The notes below the pieces were generated by a model. It did not search any database and had not been told where the DNA came from. It saw only the letters and a program-made list of their open reading frames with translations. Of a DNA stretch of 64,000 bases, positions 54,819-63,819 are shown piece after piece. Position 1 is the first letter of the stretch. Each line of letters starts with the position of its first letter. The DNA comes from a virus (Duplodnaviria > Caudoviricetes), in the IMG/VR virus record IMGVR_UViG_3300033121_000971, positions 95,517 through 159,516 of that record. One strand, 5' to 3'. Position numbers and translations under genes: made by a program.

Positions 54819-56832
54819 GAAATTTAAAATATTATCATGGAAAAAGAAGAAATAAAAAAAGCGATAAAAAAGTATTTAAAAGAGAATCTGTCTATAACAA
54901 TTAATAAAGACGGTTATTATAATTCTGTAACAGTATCTTTAAATCTGGAGGGGGAAGAAATCAGTCAGGATACTTTTTACCTTCCAAGTACTAATGAGGA
55001 ATGCTGGTAAAGATTAAGGAGAAAGAAAAATGAATTTATTTGGTGGAGCATGTGTAGAAGTGGTTAATCCAAAAACAAAGAGAGATTTAAATAAGGCTAA
55101 AAAGCTTTTGAGATTAGCTCTGGAGCATCTGGATTATGAGAACAACCAGAAAGAATCAATAGAGTTAAAATATGAAATTGAAAAATTCCTAAAAGGAGGA
55201 AAAAAGAAATGAAATTAAAAGCAGGTGATATAGTAAAAATTCTTAATACAAAAGGTACAAGTGATATGTGCCCAAATGGAATCCCTGACATGAATGCAAT
55301 GATTGGCAAAGAATATGAAATAGAGGAGGTAAGGCACAACGAGAATGAAATAATTGAAGGCGAGTTTCCTTACATGATTAACAATTGGGGATGGCTTGAA
55401 GAGAATGTAGAACTAGTTCAAAGTAAAACAAACTAAGGAGGTAATAGAATGAGAGCATTTGTTAGAATAGTAGTTGGTTTATTTATGCTTGCTTTGTTGG
55501 CTTTTTTGGAATCGGTGCCTATACAAGGTGCTAGCAACACTATTGTAAACCTTATATGGAACAGTGGATATCATTATGAATGTGGTTTAGTAATTACTTT
55601 AGCTATATTTTACTTTCTCGTTGTGGCTGTATCAGTGCTCGCTTTAGGGATTTGGGTAGATGAAGAGATAAAAGATAGATGGAGGTTGCTATAATGACAT
55701 TTTTTGATTGGTTCATATACTTAGCTTTGATAGTTGGTAATGTTGTGGCGTGCATTTTGTATTTTAGTGTTCAAGATTATTTTTGGGTATATATAAACGG
55801 TATAATTGTATTAGGTCTTATAGCCTGTGTGCTGGATGATTTAAAAGACAATGGATGGAGGTTACTGTAATGAGTATAAATTGGGTATTCTGGACTCCCA
55901 GAAAGAGGTATGGTCTGCACACACTGGAAGTAAAGCTTACTGGAACAACTGAAGGTTCTGATACTATCCCAGTAGATATAAAAGTTGAAATAGTTACCGA
56001 ACATACTATGGGTTATGAAGTACAACCATTAGAGATTGTATGTGGAGCAGAATGTTTTAATGAAGCAGTAAGAAGAAAAATTTTAAATTCAGTTCCAGAT
56101 TTTCTGGAAGTGGGGAAGGTATTAATAAATGAAAATTAAAATGACAAACACAGAAAAAATTGATTTACTAAAAAAGATTAAAATGGAAGTTATATCTGGT
56201 GATATAGGTATTTGCCACAGCTATAAAAATGTAACAATGTTCAAAGCAACTGAATCTTCACTAGCAGATATAGGTATTTACAAGCCTAGCATGAAAATTA
56301 TGGATGAGTACTGGTTTGATAGTAAGCAAGAACGACTAGATGCGATAGATGAAGCTATCGCAAAGTTTTCTAATGAATCAGACAATATGAGTATAGAAGA
56401 AGAAATAAAATCAATAGAAGAGAATCTTGTAAAAGAAACAGAACGCTTAAAGAAGTTAAAGTCTGAACTCAATAAGCCTAAGACTGTAGAAGAGTATTAT
56501 GATAAGTATGGAGATATGTATGTTATTCTGGATAGTGGGCTTATTACAGATTTCAATTACTATAGAGCAGATGCATACCCATCTAGGCAGATAGCAGAAA
56601 AAGAAAAATTAAGGATACGTTTGATTCAGTGGGCTTATGTCCTTAATGGTGGAGAGTTTGAACCAAAAAAGGACGAAACTGCATACTATATTAGTATAAG
56701 TAATGACGCTGTTAGAGTAGATTATACAGATACGAATTATCGTTATGGTTTTGTATTGTTTAAAACCAGAGAACTTGCAGAAGAGGCTATGAGTAAATTC
56801 ACTAAAGAAGAATTAATTAAAATGTTAAGCTA

Positions 56833-57006
56833 ATGGGTAACATAATAGATTATACAGTAGTGAGGGCAGGTGCTAGCTGGGGTCAACTAGAAGATTTAGT
56901 CAAGCAGTATTTAGATATGGGATGGGAGCCTTTGGGAGGAGTTTCAGTTGGTAGTGATGGAGCTCTATATCAAGCTATGATTAGAAAGTCTGGGGAGAAG
57001 GAATGA
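56833..57006 (+). CDS. DUF1737-like small protein (not in ORF track)
   Basis: MGNIIDYTVV...GWEPLGGVSV...YQAMIR. Confidence 0.65.
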   Translation: MGNIIDYTVVRAGASWGQLEDLVKQYLDMGWEPLGGVSVGSDGALYQAMIRKSGEKE

Positions 57007-57213
57007 TTGAGAAACTTAGAGATTATAATGTAGACACTTCAACCATTTTAAGAAAACTAAACGAAGTAATAGAAAAGGTAAATGAGCTGGATGAGAGGAC
57101 TGCTGGTTTACAAGTTTACGGCAATAGTACTTTAAAAACTTACAATGAGCTGGATGCTGAAGAATATAATATAGCTAACCCTAACTCATTTTAGAAAAAA
57201 GATTTTTTAGGGA

Positions 57214-57245
57214 CTTGACTTTACGAAAATTTTTTATTATTATTG
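57214..57245 (+). promoter_or_regulatory. Promoter class A variant driving the TerD-domain gene
   Basis: CTTG-ACTTTACGAAAATTTTTTAT-TATTATTG. Confidence 0.65.
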
Positions 57246-57269
57246 TATATAAGGGAAAAGGAAAATAAA

Positions 57270-59537
57270 ATGGAAACAGGAAATTCAATATATCTAAGAA
57301 GAAAGAACAAAGTAGTAGTAGCTGATGAAAGCAAATTTCATTCCAGTGATAACTTCTATATGATTCTTACAATCCTTCATAATGTGGGAACACTGGGCTA
57401 TACTTTCTCAGAGTCTTTACTTAACAGGTTATCTGAATTGGACTGTGACCAGCTTGCAGATTTTTATAATGACCTCATCCCAGACTTGAAAAAGATGGTC
57501 GGGGCACACAGAGAGTTTGTTCCTATGTATCCTAACTTTCCTAAGCAGGTTATGCAGGCTTCAGATGCGGAGCTGTATGTGAATGCAATGATGCACTATC
57601 TGGGAGACTGGGTAGGATTAAGAATCATGCCAGCTTATGTTAAGAAGGAAAGGAAACCTTTAAAAGGAGATGTAACTTATAAAGTTATTGACCTTGGTTC
57701 AGTTGAAGATTTTGAATCTATTTTTACAAACCTTGTTTCTTCTAATACATCTATATCACAGACTGATAAAGATGACATAGAATGGTTCGTAAAAGTAATG
57801 GGCAATCTGGTACAGGACTTAATTCCAGCATCACTGCCTAACAAGGAAACCATGTCATTTCTATCAGCAAGGCTCCTAGAGCACGTTGATGAGGATTTAG
57901 CTACCATCTTAGTTAGGTCATACGTAAAGACAGCTACAGACGTGCTTAGAATAGCAGTAGGGCTATCTGGAGGAGATGTTTCACTGGCTCAGCCATGTAA
58001 ATTCAGGAATTTTAAGAAGAGAGAGCGTAGATTTATATTAAGCCTTCTGGATGGGCTAGCTACAATAAGTTCAGCTACCGTTAATGAAGATATGCAGAGA
58101 TGGACTGAAAGGTGGAAAAGACTGGTTCAGAAGTTACATGCTGTAGATTTTACAGACAAGTACAAGAGTGCAAATGTTTCTATAAACTTTATATGCAATG
58201 ATATAAAAGTTAAGACCTTCAATTCCAGACTGGAAGAGGCTTATGAACTTAATGACCATGTGAAAGTAGTAAAAATACTTTCTGAAAGAGCTGGAGAGTT
58301 CGCAAGAAATCTGGATAGGTTGTTAAGAAGTGTATTATATTTCAATTCAAAAGCTAATAGAATAGAAGCTTTTGATGTAGTAGGTGAGTTTAGAAAAGTT
58401 GCAGGTTTTGTATCAACACCTGTTCTGTTACAAGTAATTGCTCACTTTAAAAATAAATTAGAAACTGGTAGCAGTAGAGACTTAAGGGTATTTTTACCTA
58501 AAGGTAATATAGCAAAAGTGTGGGGTATGGAGAATAACATATCTGTTAAAATTCCTGCACTTGTTATAGGTTCTGTAATTACCGCTTGTGAAGGAGCATT
58601 AAGAGAGAGATTTTCAAAGCTTCCTTCACTAGGAAATGTTTATCTGGATGAGAGATTAAAAGGTTATGTTGTACCTTTCTCCCAGAGGTCAGCATCTAAA
58701 GCATTGAAGACTGTAAGCCGTGGCTCCAGAATAAAACTGGAAGATGGGAAGAACACAGTAAGATTTTTCATCTGGTGGAAGAATATGGATGGTAGTGTTG
58801 CAAGAAGGTACTCCTATTCTTATGATGGCAGAGTTGACATTGACTTAAGTGCTACAGTTCTGGATGAGGGTTATAATAATCTGGGAACAGTGTCTTACTA
58901 TGCATTAAATAATGAAGTAGGTTGTCACTCTGGAGATATAACCAGTGCACCTAAAGGAGCTTGTGAGTTCATTGACGTGAATATTAAGAAGTATAAGGAA
59001 GCTTACCCTAAGAGTAGATATCTGGTGATGCATATAAATAGTTTTACTGGTCAAATGTTTTCAGACATACCAGAGCTGTTTGCTGGATTCATGATGAGAA
59101 CAAAGCCTAAGTCTGGAGAGATATTTGATGCAAGAACTGTTGAGCAGAAGTTTGATGTAACATCAGAATCAACATATACAACTCCATTGATAATTGATAT
59201 GGAGACAAGAGAAGTTATCTGGATTGATATGCAGTTGAAGGCTGGTAGAAGTTATGGATGGGGAGTTAATAACGTAGCTAATCATTTACAGCAGTCAACA
59301 TTGATGGTAAGGTCTATGGTTGAGATGGTTAAACCTAACCTCTATGACCTGTTCAGGTTGCATGCAGAAGCTAGGGGTGGTGTAGTAGATACAAATACAC
59401 CTTGTACCGTAGCCTATGGGTCAGGAGAGGCAACAGTATTTAATTCTGTTCCTGTAGCTTTTGATAATGGGAATCCAGAATTAAAATGTGTAACCCCATA
59501 TGATATGGATGTAATTATGTCGGAGTATCTGGTGTAA
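57270..59537 (+). CDS. Large helical-domain plus C-terminal TerD-domain protein (possible Ro/TROVE-like RNA-binding protein)
   Basis: TerD motifs RVDIDLSA...HSGDITSAP..ACEFIDV; long helical N-terminal region (PMYPNFP, TATDVLR, RAGEFARNLD); ATG at 57270 follows promoter and AAGGA. Confidence 0.75.
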   Translation: METGNSIYLRRKNKVVVADESKFHSSDNFYMILTILHNVGTLGYTFSESLLNRLSELDCDQLADFYNDLIPDLKKMVGAHREFVPMYPNFPKQVMQASDAELYVNAMMHYLGDWVGLRIMPAYVKKERKPLKGDVTYKVIDLGSVEDFESIFTNLVSSNTSISQTDKDDIEWFVKVMGNLVQDLIPASLPNKETMSFLSARLLEHVDEDLATILVRSYVKTATDVLRIAVGLSGGDVSLAQPCKFRNFKKRERRFILSLLDGLATISSATVNEDMQRWTERWKRLVQKLHAVDFTDKYKSANVSINFICNDIKVKTFNSRLEEAYELNDHVKVVKILSERAGEFARNLDRLLRSVLYFNSKANRIEAFDVVGEFRKVAGFVSTPVLLQVIAHFKNKLETGSSRDLRVFLPKGNIAKVWGMENNISVKIPALVIGSVITACEGALRERFSKLPSLGNVYLDERLKGYVVPFSQRSASKALKTVSRGSRIKLEDGKNTVRFFIWWKNMDGSVARRYSYSYDGRVDIDLSATVLDEGYNNLGTVSYYALNNEVGCHSGDITSAPKGACEFIDVNIKKYKEAYPKSRYLVMHINSFTGQMFSDIPELFAGFMMRTKPKSGEIFDARTVEQKFDVTSESTYTTPLIIDMETREVIWIDMQLKAGRSYGWGVNNVANHLQQSTLMVRSMVEMVKPNLYDLFRLHAEARGGVVDTNTPCTVAYGSGEATVFNSVPVAFDNGNPELKCVTPYDMDVIMSEYLV

Positions 59538-59897
59538 TGGCTAATAGTATAAATGAATGGAAACCAGACCAGAAGAAGCTGGAGAAGGTATGTGAGATAT
59601 TAAATGATTTAGATGTATATGTTAATGTAAGTGAGTTTGCACAAGATAAAGTAAATGAAGCAAAGAGATTAATAAAAGAAGTAATATTTGGTATATGACA
59701 ATTAAAAGAAGTAGCTGGCATTATAAGTTTAGAAAATATGTATACAGTCTTAATGGTTGGAGTAGGATAGTAGATGACATTAGATTCTGGGGGTATTGGG
59801 TTGAGGTGTTCTTTTTTTTACCAATACTTTTACTGTTTCATATGTTATATCGTTTAATAGATGTAATTAAAATAGAAATTAAAGATTAAAAAGTATT

Positions 59898-59963
59898 GAG
59901 GGCTATTTTACAACTTCCTTCTAAAAATTCAGGTGAGAAAAAATAGTTGTAGAGCTTTCCCTC
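59898..59963 (+). ncRNA. Structured RNA motif copy 1
   Basis: GAGGG-CTAT-TTTACAACT-TCCTTCTAAAAA...T-AGTTGTAGA-GCTTT-CCCTC. Confidence 0.8.
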
Positions 59964-59967
59964 TTTT

Positions 59968-60261
59968 GATTATCGGAGTCGAGCAGAGTAGCCTCTGTTC
60001 ATAAATGAAGCGTAGCAATCTTCCTCCCAAGCAGTTTACTTTGTGGCGTGGTAGCCTGTAACACAAGATATTTATATATGTTGAAAACAGCATTAGGAAG
60101 TATCCAGAAGCGAAAAGTTGTATTACGTAATGCCAGTTACCAAAGTAATTAAACATCCGTAATCTTGTTCGTAAGCCAGTTGGCAGGACTGGTTCATTGA
60201 AATAAATCAGTAGTCAAGTTAATAATTTTGTCGGGAGCTGAATAACTAAATGAAGCAAGAT
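59968..60261 (+). ncRNA. Putative structured RNA (~200-300 nt)
   Basis: ORF-free on + strand; closing helix 59968-77/60156-64; several hairpins. Confidence 0.5.
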
Positions 60262-60293
60262 AAACTTTAAATAAAAAGAAATGAAAGGAAAAA

Positions 60294-60452
60294 ATGACAC
60301 ATCAATCAGTAAGTTATATGAAGAGTGGTATTCGTATAGGGGCAGTAATTATAGCAGTAATACTACAGAACTGGCAGTTAGGATTCATAATGCTAGCTGT
60401 AGCAGAGTTTCTGGGTATTCTGGAAGAAGTTGTGGATAAAAGAAAGGAATGA
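60294..60452 (+). CDS. Small membrane protein (not in ORF track)
   Basis: MTHQSVSYMKSGIRI...AEFLGILEEVV; SD AAGGA. Confidence 0.6.
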   Translation: MTHQSVSYMKSGIRIGAVIIAVILQNWQLGFIMLAVAEFLGILEEVVDKRKE

Positions 60453-60729
60453 TATGAAATTTGAAGATATTGTTTTTAGGTTAAACAGTAGTGGGGTCTA
60501 CACTGATAGAGTTTTTACAGAAATAAAACGTGATAAAGATGGTGATGAGTATGACAAAGATGAGGTTGAAGTGGTTGTAGATAAAATAGCATACCAAGTG
60601 TGTTATGATACTGATAGAAAAGATATATATGCAAGTAAAAAGATTACTGTCAATAGGTTAGCAGGTCAGACTCTTATTGAGGCAGTAGAGGAGCAGTTAA
60701 AAGTTATAATTGATTAAATAGAGAGTATA

Positions 60730-60803
60730 TAGGGCTATTGAGTAGCTTCCTTCTAAAAAAATTGACTTGAAATCAAACCAAATTAGTTACTCAGCTTTCC
60801 CTA
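60730..60803 (+). ncRNA. Structured RNA motif copy 2
   Basis: TAGGG-CTAT-TGAGTAGCT-TCCTTCTAAAAA...T-AGTTACTCA-GCTTT-CCCTA. Confidence 0.82.
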
Positions 60804-60810
60804 AGATTAT

Positions 60811-60886
60811 AAAAAGGCTATTGGATAGCTTCCTTCTAAAAATTGGACTGAAAATCAAATGACTTAGTTATCCAGCTTTCCTTTTT
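60811..60886 (+). ncRNA. Structured RNA motif copy 3
   Basis: AAAAAGG-CTAT-TGGATAGCT-TCCTTCTAAAAA...T-AGTTATCCA-GCTTT-CCTTTTT. Confidence 0.82.
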
Positions 60887-60897
60887 CACTATCTAAT

Positions 60898-61306
60898 CCA
60901 GATGAAATCTGGGGAGATTCTGAGAACGCTAACAGACGCAAGTTATACGTACTCTGGAGAGAGCAAGGGCTCCTGATAGTTGAGTTTTAAAGAACTTCTG
61001 CTTAGGTAAATTTCGGCAGTGGGGTACCCAGAATAGTGGCTGGGTCTAGATAAACAGTTCCACTATTGTTTATCAAGTTCTTTATTTAATTTTCCTGATT
61101 GCAACAGGAAAACCTCCCAGACTGGTGCGACTGGGTTCAAAAGGGAGTCACCTGAAAGTATGTAGAAAACGTTATGAACAAGGGTTCTACAGAGACTAAA
61201 GGGGCAAGCACTAATAATTTTTAGAGTACCATAAGAGCGTGGTATTCCGTATACCAGAGGATAGCGACTACAGAACTTAGATGGGGTAAGAGTCCCAACT
61301 GTCTAT
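60898..61306 (+). ncRNA. Putative large structured RNA (~410 nt) with kissing-loop pseudoknot
   Basis: ORF-free, GC-richer, many nested helices; complementary hairpin loops ATAGTGG/CCACTAT. Confidence 0.65.
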
Positions 61307-61322
61307 AAAATTTTTAGATTAT

Positions 61323-61397
61323 ACAGGGCTATTCAATTGCTTCCTTCTAAAAATAATCACTTCCAAATGAAAAACTTAGTGATTGAGCTTTCCCTGT
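61323..61397 (+). ncRNA. Structured RNA motif copy 4
   Basis: ACAGGG-CTAT-TCAATTGCT-TCCTTCTAAAAA...T-AGTGATTGA-GCTTT-CCCTGT. Confidence 0.82.
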
Positions 61398-61501
61398 GGA
61401 ACGCTAGCCATCTTAACAATGGTGGAGTCAGAAAATAAACAACCCAGAGCTGTCTTGATTGGCAGAATCGGCTGGGGTGATAAATAGACCTTGAGCGTTC
61501 C
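61398..61501 (+). ncRNA. Putative 104-nt structured RNA
   Basis: Closing stem GGAACGCT/AGCGTTCC with internal hairpins. Confidence 0.55.
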
Positions 61502-61509
61502 GTAATTTT

Positions 61510-61539
61510 AGGCTACTTTAATTAGTAGCCTTTTTCTTT
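61510..61539 (+). terminator. Rho-independent terminator closing the ncRNA cluster
   Basis: AGGCTACT-TTAATT-AGTAGCCT followed by TTTTCTTT. Confidence 0.8.
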
Positions 61540-61556
61540 GGGGGCAAATTTTTGCA

Positions 61557-61587
61557 TTGTTTTTCAAAATAATTTCCCCTATACTTG
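61557..61587 (+). promoter_or_regulatory. Promoter class B variant
   Basis: TTG-N20-TATACTTG followed by AAGGAG SD. Confidence 0.65.
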
Positions 61588-61615
61588 TATATAAATAATT
61601 AAGGAGATAACTGAA

Positions 61616-63819
61616 ATGATAGAACTACAAGGCTTCCCAAAAAAGAAAGTGTTAAAGTTCAGAAGCTTTTTAATCAAAGGTTATGCTGATGTTATGCACT
61701 GGGGTGGTGGAAGAGGGTTAGTTCCAATGAACTCTTTTCGGATGACTGATGGTACAGACTTTAATGAAGTGCTGGAGAAAAGTTTAAATGATGGTGGCTT
61801 TGGTGTACAATCTATCAATGGGGCTATTGTGGAAATCTACTGTGACTACAGTGGGTATCAGGAGTTGCTCCAGACTGGTACAGTTAACGATGTTCTCCCA
61901 GAGTTCTGGGAGAGATACACAGAAGGAGAGTTTGACTAATGGCATACAGTGACACATACTTCGATAGCTTCTCAGGTGCAGTACAGCATGCCAGAATGAA
62001 TGTTGAAGCTGAAGGTTATGTTATAAATGAAGATGACTGGTTCAGAGAAGTGACTGTAGGAAATGGTGCTCCCAATGCTGGAGTTACTACCAGAGCTACA
62101 GTAGGTCTATCTAAGGATGGAAAGGAAGTTAAGAAGGCATTGCACTTGACAGTTTATAATCTGGGAGTAGAATCTGGAAGACCTTTCGAATTAAATTATT
62201 ATGTAAGCTGATGATAAAAATAGAAAAACATGATGCTAACGGGCTTAAGAATGATAACATTCAAATAGAAACAGATAGCTTGGAAACTTACTGGGATGCA
62301 AAAGCTTTATTTTTTGATTTGAAAGTTAACTTTCCAGAACTAGGGTTTTTCATGCAAGGTGATTCTTGTTTTGTCGGGAAGTACTGGTTGATGTTTGAAA
62401 GCTGGTCTGACAATCATGAAATGTTCGAAAGAGCATTTGAGTTTGCAAAAGAAAGACTTAAGGAGATAGTATGAGCAAATCAAAAAAAGAAGTAATAGTA
62501 GCCTTAATCCCAATACTACTTGTAATAGCAGTAGTAATAACTTTCAAATATGACTTAATCAAGATGAGCGGTCTTCCATATAAAGTCTGTAATTTGGACA
62601 ATGGTGGAACATTACAGCAGACATATCATGTAAGAGACCATTTTGAAAGAGTTGACATAGAAACAAAAGTTATGGTAGAGAAATGTCACAGCACTTCTGG
62701 GAATCTAGGTGATACATATTGTAATGATGTAGCAGTAGATGAGATAGTCTACAAGCTTGTATCAAAGGACAGTGTTGAGTTCTATAAAGAAAAAGCTATC
62801 AACGAATTGAAGTTTAAATATAACAAGCATATATTCCCAGAGGAGAATTAGATAAAATGATAGAATTATTAAAACAAATAGGTTGGACAGAGTTGTATCC
62901 TCAGACACTTGAGAGGCTACAATGGTTCCGAAACAGATTAAGAGATTACTACTCAGAGGAAGAAGTGCCAGAAGAGGAACTGGTAATTGCTGTAGTATAT
63001 GGTTTTGGTAAGTATGGGCAGAGCATGGTGTTTAATATTTACAGAATGACTAGGATGTGTTGTAACGGAAGTGACTTCTTAACAACTTTTGAACGGTTTA
63101 CAGAAGCATTTAAGGAGACAGTACCAGACACATATGCTAAAATGAAGCCATCGCTTTTCATTGATTTATTTATTGAGTATATGTATAGCAGAGTTATAAA
63201 GGGAGAATATCCAGAATAGGAGTTAAATTATGGAAGACCAAAAACAAAAAGAATATAAAAGTCTTGAGGATGACATTACTAACATTTTAGTATTTGCCCA
63301 GAACTCTAATACATCTATTAGTAAAAGACTGGATGAGTTTGAAGGCAGAACTGAAACTAAATTTGTATTGTCAGATGGGGACAAACTAGTAGAACTTATT
63401 GTAAAAGAAGCCAAGTGAAGAGAAAGATAAAATATTTCAGATTGGAGCAGAGGTATGGTGACGACTGGGTTGGGATATTTAAGTCTACTGCCTGTTCACA
63501 AAATAAGTTAATGGATTTGACTACAGGTTTAAGACAGTCTCACAATCATCCAGACAGTGACAGTAAAAACCTTTATGATGAAAGCTGGAAGTGCGGTCTA
63601 TTTTATTTTACTACTGACTTTATAGTAGACTACTTTGTATTTATGGAATTGAGACAGCTCATCCAGCACGATGCAGTTCGTGTATTACTTGTATTTGAAG
63701 ACTCAAAAGATTATACTGTGTACTGGGAGGGGAGGTCTGGGTTGCAGGTGACACTTGAGAATCTGGAGGAGCAGGATTATGAATTTAATAAGAGTTTTAT
63801 TTTAAATAGACAGCTTTAA
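61616..63819 (+). other. Block of short hypothetical ORFs
   Basis: Seven coupled + strand ORFs with no recognised function. Confidence 0.6.

Larger units (their letters stand above)
42914..56833 (+). other. Early-type region of many short hypothetical ORFs interleaved with tRNAs
   Basis: Dozens of tightly packed 60-240-aa + strand ORFs, many with AAGGAG SD, behind class B promoters. Confidence 0.7.

Noticed and set aside
57243-57269. TTG start of the TerD-domain ORF given in the track
   Set aside because: It overlaps the -7 promoter box; ATG at 57270 with an upstream AAGGA is more plausible
59968-61306. tmRNA, RNase P RNA or group I intron
   Set aside because: No tmRNA tRNA-like ends, no GAGGAAAGUCC RNase P core, no recognisable group I core or interrupted host gene
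59898-61397. The four repeats as a CRISPR array
   Set aside because: Spacing is irregular (7 to ~770 nt), stems vary with compensatory changes rather than being identical, and no cas genes are present
59898-61397. The four repeats as simple terminators or DNA operators
   Set aside because: Large conserved loops and internal loops, G-U covariation and mostly no U-tract favour a functional RNA
1215-63414. Minus-strand and nested alternative-frame ORFs in the track
   Set aside because: All overlap better-supported + strand genes or RNAs and lack motifs; treated as shadow ORFs
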